Part shown: piece by piece, positions 1 to 12,000 of the stretch
Numbering within the stretch: position 1 is the first letter of the stretch
How the letters are laid out: each line of letters opens with the position of its first letter
From: Monocercomonoides exilis PA203
Lineage: Eukaryota > Protista > Preaxostyla
Assembly (NCBI GenBank): GCA_001643675.2
Contig: LSRY02000019.1
Span: forward strand, 1,054,001 to 1,118,000
Direction of reading: 5' to 3'
DNA length: 64,000 bases
Program-made: the position numbers and the translations under genes
Notes under the pieces: model-generated
What the model was told of the DNA's origin: nothing
Seen by the model: only the letters and a program-made list of their open reading frames with translations
Database searches by the model: none

Positions 1-1
1 A

Positions 2-3000
2 GCAACAAACAATACATTCACAAAAATATATGACACATTAACTCTCCCTCTCCCGCCGTTTCTGATTCTTCCTTCAAATCTGTTTACATCTTCTGTGTCT
101 TCTTCATCCCCGCCATTTCTGTGTGTTCCCATTTATCTTGTTGTTCAATCTATTCACGAACAATATGCAAAAACCCAAGTGACATCACAATCATCAACAT
201 CTTCTTCCTCTTCCTCTTCCTCTCAACCTAATTCACAATCCTCATCGCATCTTCCTTGCGTTCACTGCCTCTTCCGCAATTCACTTGCTACAATTTCTTC
301 TGTTCTCTCGTCTCGCTGCATCGATTCTCTTTCTTCGCTTCTCTTCGCATTCGTCCAATGTTCGTTTTCTCTGTTGGATTGTTTGAGCTACAGTGATTTT
401 GAAGAGAAAGCGAAACAACGTCCAAAAATGGGTGAAGAAGGAGAAGGAGAAGAAGAGAAGCAGAAAGAGGATGAAAACATTCCTTATCCTTTGCAACAGG
501 ATGAAGAAACGAAAGAAAAAGAAGAGAAGGACAACGAAGAACATAAAGATACGACAAATGAGATAAGCACTCATTCTGAATCATCTTCTTCCTCGTTGAC
601 TACTTCTTCTTCTCCTTTTCCAAATACTAATTCTCCTTCAAATTCATCTTCTCTTTTCCTTCCATCCACACACCGCTACGCCTCGTCTTCTTCGTTGCTT
701 CGTCATTTTCTTTCTTCACTGCCATTTTGGTTTACTTCTGTCCTTCACTTTTGGAGCGGAGTGCCACAAGCAGACTCTGTTAAAGTGAAGGTTGAGATGA
801 AGGAAAAAGAAGAGGAGCATTCAAAGAATGAAGCAAGTGCTGAAGAAAAAATTGTTGAAGTTACTCATTACTTAGCACAACCTTCTTCTTCTGCTTCTTC
901 CTCTTCTTCCTCCTCATTGGAAATGAAGAACAGCTCATCAATACTAACACAGTTCAGCAATCTGATGGAAGATATTTCAAAGAATTCTCCCGCACGTAAA
1001 TTATTAACTTCTTTGCCTTTGCATTCAGAAGCATCCAGCCAATCAGTATGTGGAAAGCTTAATAAATCATGTGAAACATTCACTCTACTGTCTCCATTTG
1101 TGTCTCAGACAATGGACTTCCCACTTTCCTCCTCCTTCTCCTCTTCGCCTTTGGGCCTCTTTGCTGTGTTTGATGGCCACGACTCGTTCAAATGTGCTGA
1201 TGTGTCGTCTTCTCTTCTTCTTCCTGTCTTCCACCAAGCATATTTTGACTCTGTGTTGGTTTTGATAAGGCAGTGCATGATTAGAAAACAAGAGGTGAGA
1301 GAGCAAACGATTGAGAAGTGGGAAAGCGAAAAGAGAAGAAACGAACTGAAGTTGAAAGGTGAGAAGGACGTTGATGACAGCAAAGAAAGATGCGAATCGC
1401 CAACGTTGGATTTCTCAAAGCCCAGAATCGTCAGCTCTAATTGTGGTGATTGCCTTCTGGAGGAGCATATGTCAACTGCATCGTTGGCAGAATTTGAGCA
1501 AAAATTCCCTTTTTCTCTTTCTCAGCTGTTTGTATCGCGGGTTGAGTCGATATTTGGATGGCATTTGTGTTGCTCGGTAAAAGAAGCTGATTCGACTTCT
1601 CTCCCTTCTGTTGAATATGGTGCAGCACTGGGGATTAAATTGGTTGCTGATCTAATTGCAAAATCCCTTATGAAGCGAGAAACCACAGAATCCACTTGTG
1701 GAAATTGTCAACTGTCTTCCATTTCTTCAAAACACAATATAGTTTTGCCTCGTTTCTCTTTCTCTCCTTTCTCTCAGTCTAACAACCAGCAGTCCTTCCT
1801 TCATCACTCATTCGCTTCTCTTTCCTCTTCTCTTTCTTTAACTGTCCTGCAACGCGCAATGGATTTGTTGGCTTCGATGATTCGAGAGCTGAATGTGAAA
1901 GGAGGAGCAACGTGTGTTGTGGCACTGGTTGCAGCGAGGGAAATCTACACAGCAAATGTTGGCGACTGTAGGGCTGTTCTGGTTGGAGAGAAGGTGAAAG
2001 CGAAAGTGATTGAAAAATGCGAATCTGGGAAAGAAAAAGATGAGGTTAAAAAGAGCGAAAGAAAGAAGATTGAAGAAGAAGAGGACCATACTGAAGCTGT
2101 TGAGGAAGGCGAGGAAGAAGATAACGATGAAGGGAAGAAATTGGAAGAAAGCAATTCTGAATTTGGATTTGATGCTGTTGAACAAAAACAAGTAGATGCT
2201 AAAGAGCAAGAGAGCGAAAGCAATGCAAATGAGTTGAAAGATGCAGATAGTCAAGGAGAGAAAGAGAAAGCAGAAGAAAAAATTGAAAGTGAAGTCGCAA
2301 AACCACTTTCAGAGAACAGTGAAGCAAGCAATGAAAAAGAAGAGAAAACTGCAGAAAGTGGGAAGAAAGAAGAGGAGGTCTCAGCAGAACTGGCTATTCC
2401 CACATCTCCTCTGACTTTGCCTGTTTCATCATCTGTTTCTCAGTCTTCTCCAATCCAGCTGTCAATTATTCCTCCAACAGATGACCCTTTCCTCACTGTT
2501 TCTTCTTCTTCTTCCGTTCTTTTATCTCCTGTACCGATTCCATCACAGCCAACACAAGCTGCTCTTGCTTCTCCTTCTCCGTACAACATGTCGTTTGCAT
2601 CGTCTTATCCGTTGCTTTCGAGAATGCTGGCATCTTCATACAAAGCTTCATTATATGGCTTGAACGAAAACGATGATCGTGCATTTTCTTTGCAGACCTT
2701 TGGAAAGAAAAATGATTGGAATGAATGCGAGAGGGAGAAATGCAATCGTTCAGATAGGTGCACGAAAGCACAGACAGGACAAAAGCATGCATCCTCAGTT
2801 CACTTCTACAGATATGCAATTCCATTGACAAAGGACCATAAGCTCACCAACAAAGCGGAGATTAGGAGAATTATCATATCAGACGGAGGATTTGTTGCCC
2901 CAAATCTCCGGTTGTGCAGAATGCTGGCTGTGGCAAGGGCGTTGGGCGATACGTCAATTGGAAGAGGAGTTTATTCGGGGGCAGATTGTCGAGTTGTGAA

Positions 3001-4567
3001 TTGGAATCAGAAATGGGAAGGAACAGAAACTGTGGAGAGAGTGAAAAGCAAGGATGCGGAGAAAGAGAAATGGAGGAGAAGAAATGTTGATGCGAAAAGA
3101 AGTCAAAGGGAAGAACAAGGAAACGGAAAGGAATTGTTAGCATGCAATGATAAAATGGATGTTCAAAATGTTTGTTCTAAAAATCCATTCGATGAAGATG
3201 TGTGTTGCAAAGAGGAAGAAACAAAAGTCGAAAACAATAAGTTTGATTTCTTTGATGAAGAAGAGGAGGAAGAGGAAGAAGAGTTTGTTGAAGAATATAA
3301 GGATGACAAATCTCCTTTTCCATATTTCCCACAAACCCCTGAGGCATTCACGAATGTCTCAGCAACCGCTGCAACTGCTTCTTCATCAGCCACAACACGC
3401 TTATCTCTCTCTTCGAATGTGCATCGAATCACTTCTTCATCTTCCTTATGTTCTCTTACAAATAGCAACAATGTTGCAAATAGTTCTTTTGTGAATCCAG
3501 TGAAGGATAATGTTGAATCAAATGGTCAGCCATCAAATGTGTCTTCTCTCCAGCAATCTTCTCCACGTTTGGCTCGCGTTGCTTCCACACTGAATACTCA
3601 ATCTCATCCTTCTTCCTCTTCTTCTTCAATTAATGAATGTCTGCCATCTGTTTCTGTCTCAATGCATTCGTTTGTCTATCAACGCAATTCTTTCCTCATT
3701 CTTGCGTGTGATGGCTTGTATGATGCGCTCGACAACGACGATGTGGCTGAAGCAATTCTTGGTGCAAGATTTTCGAAAATTGGCTTGTCTTCGATGAATA
3801 TGAGAAGAGGAAAAGAAGGGAAAAAGAAGAGCAGAAGAAATAAAACCAAGATGGAAGGAAGAGAAAGCTTGGAGGAAACTGAATGGGGTATTAATGATGC
3901 AGAGTTTCTGCAAAGGATTGGAAGCGAAAAGAAAGCTGAAGAGGAAGAGGAAGATGCAGAAGAGAAAAGGAATGAAGAAAAGATGTTTTGTGAGGAAGGG
4001 GAAGAGATGGAAGGGGAGCAGTTGATATGCAGTTTAATGGAAGAAAACAGAAAGAAAGCAGAAAGAGCGAAGAAGAGCAAGAAAATGGTGCAATTTGAGG
4101 ACAATCACAAGAACAGAAAGAATTCTGAAAGAAAAGGCATATTTGCCAAATTGAGCATTGATGAATCTTCGAGTGAATGCAATTATTATGAGACTTTTGT
4201 GAAAGAATGGTTTGGGTTTGATGAGGAAGACAAAGAAGAAGAATCAAAAACAGGAACAGAAAGAGAAGGAGAAAGAGAAGGACGCAATAGGAATGCAGCT
4301 GCAGATGCTTCTAACTCTTGCAATGATTATGCAGCCCATGAAAGTGCATCCACACGCGTTGGTGCAGCGCACATGGCTGAGGCTTGTAAGGCTCAGAAAA
4401 AAATGTCCCAAGATGAACAAAATAAGGATGGTGTATCATCTTTGCTTTTGTTGGATCAGTTTTTGTCTACTAATTCATCTGCATCGCGCATCGCATGCAG
4501 ACTTAGAAACTTGGCTTTGGCTCGTCATAGCATGGATAATGTTACTGTTATTGTGTTGAAACTTTAG
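2..4567 (+). CDS. PP2C/PPM-family Ser/Thr phosphatase with very long low-complexity insertions; 5'-partial
   Basis: PP2C motifs in the correct order: GLFAVFDGH, GGATCVVALV, IYTANVGDCRAVL, PLTKDHK, LAVARALGD, FLILACDGLYDAL, SMDNVTVIVLKL-stop. The frame is open back to position 2, so the true start is probably upstream of the window. Confidence 0.9.
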   Translation, partial: ATNNTFTKIYDTLTLPLPPFLILPSNLFTSSVSSSSPPFLCVPIYLVVQSIHEQYAKTQVTSQSSTSSSSSSSSQPNSQSSSHLPCVHCLFRNSLATISSVLSSRCIDSLSSLLFAFVQCSFSLLDCLSYSDFEEKAKQRPKMGEEGEGEEEKQKEDENIPYPLQQDEETKEKEEKDNEEHKDTTNEISTHSESSSSSLTTSSSPFPNTNSPSNSSSLFLPSTHRYASSSSLLRHFLSSLPFWFTSVLHFWSGVPQADSVKVKVEMKEKEEEHSKNEASAEEKIVEVTHYLAQPSSSASSSSSSSLEMKNSSSILTQFSNLMEDISKNSPARKLLTSLPLHSEASSQSVCGKLNKSCETFTLLSPFVSQTMDFPLSSSFSSSPLGLFAVFDGHDSFKCADVSSSLLLPVFHQAYFDSVLVLIRQCMIRKQEVREQTIEKWESEKRRNELKLKGEKDVDDSKERCESPTLDFSKPRIVSSNCGDCLLEEHMSTASLAEFEQKFPFSLSQLFVSRVESIFGWHLCCSVKEADSTSLPSVEYGAALGIKLVADLIAKSLMKRETTESTCGNCQLSSISSKHNIVLPRFSFSPFSQSNNQQSFLHHSFASLSSSLSLTVLQRAMDLLASMIRELNVKGGATCVVALVAAREIYTANVGDCRAVLVGEKVKAKVIEKCESGKEKDEVKKSERKKIEEEEDHTEAVEEGEEEDNDEGKKLEESNSEFGFDAVEQKQVDAKEQESESNANELKDADSQGEKEKAEEKIESEVAKPLSENSEASNEKEEKTAESGKKEEEVSAELAIPTSPLTLPVSSSVSQSSPIQLSIIPPTDDPFLTVSSSSSVLLSPVPIPSQPTQAALASPSPYNMSFASSYPLLSRMLASSYKASLYGLNENDDRAFSLQTFGKKNDWNECEREKCNRSDRCTKAQTGQKHASSVHFYRYAIPLTKDHKLTNKAEIRRIIISDGGFVAPNLRLCRMLAVARALGDTSIGRGVYSGADCRVVNWNQKWEGTETVERVKSKDAEKEKWRRRNVDAKRSQREEQGNGKELLACNDKMDVQNVCSKNPFDEDVCCKEEETKVENNKFDFFDEEEEEEEEEFVEEYKDDKSPFPYFPQTPEAFTNVSATAATASSSATTRLSLSSNVHRITSSSSLCSLTNSNNVANSSFVNPVKDNVESNGQPSNVSSLQQSSPRLARVASTLNTQSHPSSSSSSINECLPSVSVSMHSFVYQRNSFLILACDGLYDALDNDDVAEAILGARFSKIGLSSMNMRRGKEGKKKSRRNKTKMEGRESLEETEWGINDAEFLQRIGSEKKAEEEEEDAEEKRNEEKMFCEEGEEMEGEQLICSLMEENRKKAERAKKSKKMVQFEDNHKNRKNSERKGIFAKLSIDESSSECNYYETFVKEWFGFDEEDKEEESKTGTEREGEREGRNRNAAADASNSCNDYAAHESASTRVGAAHMAEACKAQKKMSQDEQNKDGVSSLLLLDQFLSTNSSASRIACRLRNLALARHSMDNVTVIVLKL

Positions 4568-5151
4568 CTGTGATATGTTGAAAGAGATAATGTAATGTTG
4601 TTCATCATTGAATTTGTTTCTGTTGTTTCATATTTGATTTGTTAATATTTTCTTAATCATTTTCTTTCTTTTTTTCTTCTTCTTAAAGTGTTATATTTTT
4701 TTACATTATTGTGAAATAAGAGAAAGTTGTGTTATTTAATTAATTATTACATTCATCATTTTGATTTATTTGAAAGTTATCTTGTTTAGTATTGTTGAAT
4801 TTCGTTTAAAAAGTGAAAATATTTCCTGAAATTCTAATTCTTTCCTGTTTATTCATCTTGTTTAACTCTTCTTTTTTTGAGTTTGTTTCTTGTTGTTCGT
4901 TATTTTATGTTCGTTTCCTTTTTTTCAAATTCTTCATAATTTTCATTTTTGTTGTCTTCACATTTACTGAATACTTGTTAACCGTTGCTAATAGTTGGAT
5001 TTTATTAGAATTTTCATGTTGTTCACTATTTCCGTTTTATTGTTATTATTGTTTTCTCATTTCGTTAAAAATTTTATCAACTACTTGGGAATAACTGAAT
5101 TTGTTGTACCCTTAATGTTTTTAAGCTATCTTTTGAGACATCTTTTACAGG

Positions 5152-7471
5152 ATGACATCGTTATGTTTTCCAAATAATACGGATCAGTATTTAATAGTCC
5201 AATGGGAAAATTATATCAGAGAGTGCTCAGCATTTGCGGAAGACAATATTAGAAGTTTATGGGACCGTTCTTTCAAAGGAGAAGTTGTCCAATGGGCAGG
5301 AATTATAACATCAATAAAAGATGCTGAAATAAGATTATTACCAAATCCTCCCGAAAATTATCAAAGAAATGCAGAAATCCGTGTTATATTGCCCGAATCT
5401 TTTAAAACGCAAACAAAAGTCCAATTCGCATTACATTCAGAAACGCAAGTTAGAGGAACCCTTTTGGAATTCGAAGGTCTGCATTTCTTTGTTTGTTTTG
5501 AGCGTAACTTTCTTTTCGTAAAATTCTAACTAACATTTGTAGATAATGATTCCTCAGCTGTACTTCAAGCAATTCCTAAAAATGATTCTTATAAACCATT
5601 GAAATGGTTGTCATATGCCCTATTTTCTTCTTTGTTTGGAAGATTTGCCAGAAACGAACCAGAAAGAGTTTTTAATTTGGTATGGAAAGGAAAACGCATC
5701 CTTCTCAGAGGGCACTTCGAGGGAAGAGAAATCATAAAGAAAGAGGATAGTGAATATCAGTCTTTTCAATTTGTATTGTCCTCAATCTACCCAGTTGGTA
5801 TGTGATATTATTGAAAATTTTGTTGAATGTGAATTAACATATTTCTGAATTACGTGGAATCAGAACTCCGCGAGCAAGTGAGAATTCTTGTTCCTTCAAA
5901 GCAAACTAATGTTATAAATTATTGCCTAAGAAAACAAGAAAATAAAGGTTTGTTCATCATATTCTCTATAATTGAATTTATTGTTAATATCAATTTTTTT
6001 TCCTCAATTCCTTTATTTTCATTTCAAAAGAATCTGAGATTCAATGTGAATGCATTTCTCGAGGAAAGCCTCATTTCCTTAAGCTGATTTCAATTACTAA
6101 TTCATTCCGAATAAATGACAGCGCTTCATCGCTATCGTCCATGTCTTCTTATTTTTCGTCTGTCCCTCGTTTTATGCCATTTCCTTTATCAACAGCGACT
6201 CAGTCAAGCTTTTATAATGTGCCTGGTTCAATGAGCACATTGTCTTTTAATTCGTTCGCAAATGAAAAAAAGCCTTCTTCTCCGGATATTTCTATGGCTC
6301 GTGCTCAAAACCAAAAATCTTCTGCTCCATTTCCATCAACTTACAATCCTTCAATTTTGAATTTTTCGGCTTTTTCTCCTTCTGAGCCGAAATTCGCGAC
6401 TTCTGAACAACTGTCATCACACAATTCAAGCTCATTTTCTCCGTCTCAGTTGGACATCGATGCTGTAACTTTAAAAAATGACGATACAAAAATGGAAAAA
6501 GAAATAGAAATGGAGAGAGAGAAAGAAGTTGAAATAGAAAAAGAGAAGGAGAAAGAGAAAGAGAAAGAAAATGAAAATGAAAATGAAATGACTCTTCAAT
6601 CAAATAGCATAAAATTACTTCCATCGGTTCCGTCATCAGTTTTCTCTGCTTCATCATCTTTATCGGGCCCTTCAATCAATTCTTCGCCTTCTTCAGCAGT
6701 TGTTCCTTCTTCTTTGTCTCTTCCTCACTCTGATCGAATTGTCGGTAAACCTTTAACACCCACATCAATTGAGAATTTTTCATTTCTTCCTCCTCCTCCT
6801 TTTTCACATCAGCACCCTTCAAATCAAACCCCTCCTCAGCCTTCAGCGTCATCTGCTCCTTCTTCAACAACTTCTAATTTTGCTTCCATTTCTGCAAGAC
6901 CTGTATCTTCTGACGTTTTATCCATTCAGACACGTCAAAATAGTGTTACAAGTGCAAATGCTTCGGAAGGTCCTTCAAATAACTCGCCTTCATCTGTTTC
7001 TAATTCTGCCTTTCAGCCGTTTCAGCTTCTTTTGACACCGCCTCCGTCTCTTCCTCTGCCTCCTCCTCCTCTTCCACAAAATAAAGAGCTTGCTGTTAAT
7101 AACAAAATAGAATCTGATGTTTCAACTGAAGAAAATGACTTGACAATTCGAAAATGCCATCTTACACAAAAAGTGTGCTGACATCATTTTGATTTTTCAT
7201 CAATCACAGAAAAATAAATACTTTTCATGGATTATTAACAATTGACATATGTCAAAATCCAAAATATTTTTTGAAACATATTCACTTCATTTATACTTCA
7301 TCTGCAAAGCCAATTCGCCGTGCTGTTGTATCGCAGGATGGTTTTGTGTACGATTTAGACTCCGTTCGGGAATTTCTATCGGAAAACGCTTTTGATCCAT
7401 CAAATCCAAAAGAAACGAATGAAATCACAGAAAAAGACGTTTTGAAATGGATGAAGGAAATGCCAGTTTGA
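5152..7471 (+). CDS. Multi-exon protein: two tandem OB-fold-like repeats, Ser/Pro-rich linker, C-terminal U-box-like segment
   Basis: ORF pieces 5152-5529, 5599-5805, 5854-6087, 6141-7181 and 7271-7471 can be joined by GT-AG introns. The spliced C-terminus CHLTQK|PIRRAVVSQDGFVYDLDSVREFL resembles the U-box pattern CPIT..M.DPV....G.TY.R..I..WL. The N-terminus is homologous to the gene at 35005-36845. Start codon uncertain. Confidence 0.6.
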
Positions 7472-7945
7472 AAAGTTATGTGAATGCATGTGTGATTGAG
7501 GTTTAACTTGAATTTGTCATTGTTAATTAAATGCTTGCATTTTTATTTATTTGGTGTTATATTAAATATATTATATTCTCTTGGTTGGCATTTTCATAAT
7601 TAAAATAGATTACTTTCCAGCGGGAACAATGAACAGAAGCTGAACATAAACAGAAAATTGCAAGATAAAGAATATTTTTGTATTTTACTAGCAAAACAAA
7701 ATTTTCTCTTACTTGTGCGCTTCAATTGTTTGAGGAGGTGAAAAAGATGGTTACCAAACAGATATTGGAATCGCAAAATACCATTTGTAACCTAATTGCG
7801 TGGAATGTTTTGTGAGAATAAAGAAGACAAAAGTTATCATCTTTGGCTTTGATGAATATTCAAGAAGTTCAAGAATATTTGATGCTAATAAACTTCACAA
7901 ATAATTCTTTGTGCTTGTTGTTTCAAAGAAATAATATATTGAATT

Positions 7946-7976
<31 letters not shown>

Positions 7977-9055
7977 GGAAATCAGACTATATTTTTGATT
8001 TTGTATGATGCATTTTCCCAATTAATGATTTTTGTAGAATTTACATGATCAAGTCATTAAGAATTATTCATCACTTCATTTTTTTATGTATTAAACATTT
8101 CGCTTTTCATGGAAAATATCCTATTGTGAAAAAGGTAATGTTCAAATATTCCTTATGAATGCTTCTTGTTGATGACATCTTTCAAAAATAACAAAAATTG
8201 AAGAGAACAACTCTCATCATCAAACAAGTGAGAGAATGAAAATCAAATGTGTTTGAGAGAAAATAAAATTTAAGTTAGTATGAGAATAAATGTGAAGAAG
8301 TGTAGCATAAACTGTGAATGTGCGTGTAGTGATAAAAAGAAAGAAGGTGAATTCAATGTTGTGAAAAGGAAATGTCTTAAAGGTAAAAAAATCAAAGGTT
8401 TTTTAGTACCTTTTGAACAAAAATTAAAATGAATCAAAAGAAAATTGTGAAAACAAGAGGCATAGTAATATTCCACTTTACAACATAATTTTTCGCTCAT
8501 TGTAAAGTTCTAAAAAAATGATAAATTGAATTGGTGGGATAAATAAATCTCCAAAAAAAAGCTTACAGAAACATATTAACACACATTTGTGGAATCATAT
8601 ATGCCCAGATCTCGAAAATTGATATCTCAAAAATGGAAAGGAAACAGTAAATCAACAGCAATTAAAATATGATTTAAGATAAATGAAAATAAAGCCTCTG
8701 CATAAATTAAAAAAGCTTCAACTGTACCAAAAAATTACAAAATTTCAAAAAATATTTGGAAATAGATTTGTTCCTTCCAAACATTCAACAAAGTCATTGT
8801 AAAATACGCAAGTTTCTTGAAGTTTGTAAAGTGCTATAATCATCACCAAATAAGATAATCCAGGTGAATGGCATGCATACTATTATCAAAGGGAGAAAAT
8901 ATACATAAATAATAAATGGAAAACATTTTGAATACAATAAAACCTTCTGATCAAACTTTCAGAAAAGTTAATCAGCATAACAGATGTCAAAGATATCAGC
9001 AATTGAAATGATACCTCATACATTTAAAAAAATATATAATAATCAACAATTCCCG

Positions 9056-12000
9056 TTACAATGAATAGCCAACCATGTCTTGAGTCACATCATCGCTTTC
9101 CATCTGAATCTTCTTTCTCTCATCATCCAAAAGACGCTCCCTCGCAACAATTCTTTTAAAGTTCGACTTTTTCCACTTCTTTTTGCAGCAACCACAACAC
9201 AATTTCCCGCTGAATATGAATTCCACAACAGGTATCAGCTTTCCCATGTAATTCAAGTACACAAAAGTTCCTCCCAATGCAGTTATCAGCCCCACAGCCG
9301 AAGTCTTAAATGATCTCGTTGTTACGGCCACTGTCTGTGATAGCTCCACAAGCACGTCCACTCCCACGCTCAATGCAAGACTCACCCTACCATTCTCAAC
9401 TTGAGAGCCAGGTTTAATTGAAATCTTGCTTGCTTCGTGGCCCATGTGTACGATATGCTTCCACTTGTTTTCCTCATATTTACTAACCATCAGCTCAGCA
9501 ACAACTTGCGTTTGATCTCCGCCTTTGAAAACATGCGCTGGATCTCCATCTAAATGACTTTCTGTCTGAGAATTGTACGTTGAATCAATGAAAAAGTAAC
9601 CTTTCTGCTGAGTTATTCCAGAATCAACAGAAATAAATCCATCTATTCCATAAAATAATGCATCTTTCTCCTTTGAATAAAATGAAAGAAGTTTAGCTCG
9701 CCTTTCAACTGCGTCAATGCTGATATTCTCTGCGGAAATTGATATTGTGCAGTCTGCTGTTTCTGTGAATAATTTGTTTGGAGATGGCGATTGACTGCAT
9801 CTTGGCTCAATAGCAGCTGGTTGAACAGGATAAATATCTGAATGTTTCATTTTGAAATATTTAAATAGATTGATAATGTCCCAAAAAAATGAAAACAAGA
9901 AAAAGCCATTGCATAAAAATAAAAATTGAAATCAAAAAATATAAGACAAACTTAATGGATCATATGAAGTCTTTCCAATCCCAAGAAGCGGAGAGCATTC
10001 GCCTTGTGCTTCAACAAGCTTTTCTTTCACATCCTTTACACATTCGCCTGAATAATCTCTCAATCGAATTTGAAACTCCATTTTCTTGTTGACAAACTTG
10101 TCTAGTGTCACATTCTGTAATTTTGAATCCACATACAATCGATTCTCGAGTGTGTTAATCAAAAAGAACAGCACAATCACAGCTGAAGCTGCACCAACCA
10201 CAAAGCAAATGCCAATAATTGAAACGCATCCGCCATAACTCGTTTTCTTCACAGTCTTGACTGCTTTATGCGTCTTTTCATCAAGGACATCTCTGTAAGT
10301 ATTTGAATATTGATCTAATTTGTACAGTTTGTCTCGTGTTGGAAGGCAAAAGCATATAAGAGATACAATCATTCCAAGGATCAGTGAAACTCCATAAAAT
10401 AATATTGTGAACATCGTCTCTTTGTTCGAATTAGGATCATACGATTTTGGCTGCTCTGTGCACTCAAACGGCTTTCTTTGCAAAGTGCTCTTGTTTGCAG
10501 CTGATCCAACAATACAAGTGCTATTTAAATTGCATGTGGTGCATTCTTTGGTTCCTGTTTCAGACTGAAATGTACCATCTTTACACGGAATGCATGCACT
10601 TATTGATGTTCCAGATCCCCGTAAGCTGGTTCCAGCAGGACATTTTTCGCATTCCGTTTGGTTAAAGTGTGAAGAATATGCCCCATCACCGCAAAGAGTG
10701 CACTGTCTCGATTTAGTGTCGAAGAATGACCCAGGAGAGCAACCTGAAAGATGACTCTTCAATTTGATTCTGGTTAGTTTATTTGTGGCAATAGGCAATG
10801 GTGTCATTCCTTCACTCACCGCGTAGCCACCGAGACAATAAAGCGAATCAATCATGAAAGCACAGCTGCCATGCACCAAAGGAAAATTAATTGCCTCTCT
10901 ACCTTCATCATATTTGTGTGTGGCTAGTTTAACTTCTCCGTACTCATCAAAAGTGAATACTGAAAGGTGTGATATCTTGGCGATTCCGCATTCTTCTCCT
11001 CCAACAACAAAACCAACTTCTCCCTCTCCAATAACAACTCCCGAGCTTCCAATTGGGAATTTGGGACCCATTAAATCAAACCATTCGTCAGTATTCTCTG
11101 CAGCTTTGAGTGGATGTGCCATGCAATAGTTTATTGAATTTTCTCCGTCATCACCTCCGCAAACAAATAGATGTGGAACCGGCTGTTCATCATCTTTTTC
11201 TTCCTTTTCCTTCAAATTTTTCCGCTTGTTCGTAACATTTTTCAGATACTGATGATTGTTTTTGCTGCTTCTTGCAATATCTTCGTTGTGAATAATTTTT
11301 TTCACGAACACTGTTGGCCTCTGAATTGGCTTTTTCAATGATATGATGTTGTGCCACTCCAATGTGGCAAAATTGAATGTCCATATATCATACTGCAGGT
11401 TTTTGTCGATATCGCATCCTCCAACAACATACAGAATTGATTCATAAATTGTGGCACCAGAACGGCACATCTTCGGTGGTTTTTCCTCTCCTTTCACTTT
11501 TATCTTTTGCCAAGAATAAGTTGCAACATCATATTCAAAAAGATCATTGCTCATTGATGCAAAGCCTCCGTTAATGTTGTAAGTTGCTCCGCCAAATACA
11601 AAAATCCTTCCGTTCAACGCAGCAACGGCGGCTTCTGCAATTGAAGGACTTCCTTCAGAATCATAACGTGGTTCACGAAATTTATACCAGTACCCTGATC
11701 TCGGAGAAAATTCTCTGTTTGTTTCCATCATTATCTTTAATTCAGGGTTGTATCCCCCAATAACAGCAATAGTTCCGCTTAACTGAGCAAGTTTGTGTTT
11801 TGTTACAGGAAGTGAAACTTCATCAGCAGCTGCTGAAAGTTCAGATATAATTTCACCTTGATTTTTTTGAGGATAAACAAAAGGCACTGATTCATTGGCC
11901 ATATATGAAAGGATGTCTTTTCGGGTTTGTGCACCTAACCAATTTTCTTTGTTCATAAGGAAAAGTCTATTTGTAGTTAAATACTCGTCTTTTCCACCAA

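Noticed and set aside
7600-9050. Possible gene remnant in the intergenic region
   Set aside because: Only short interrupted frames with no recognisable motif; cannot be supported.
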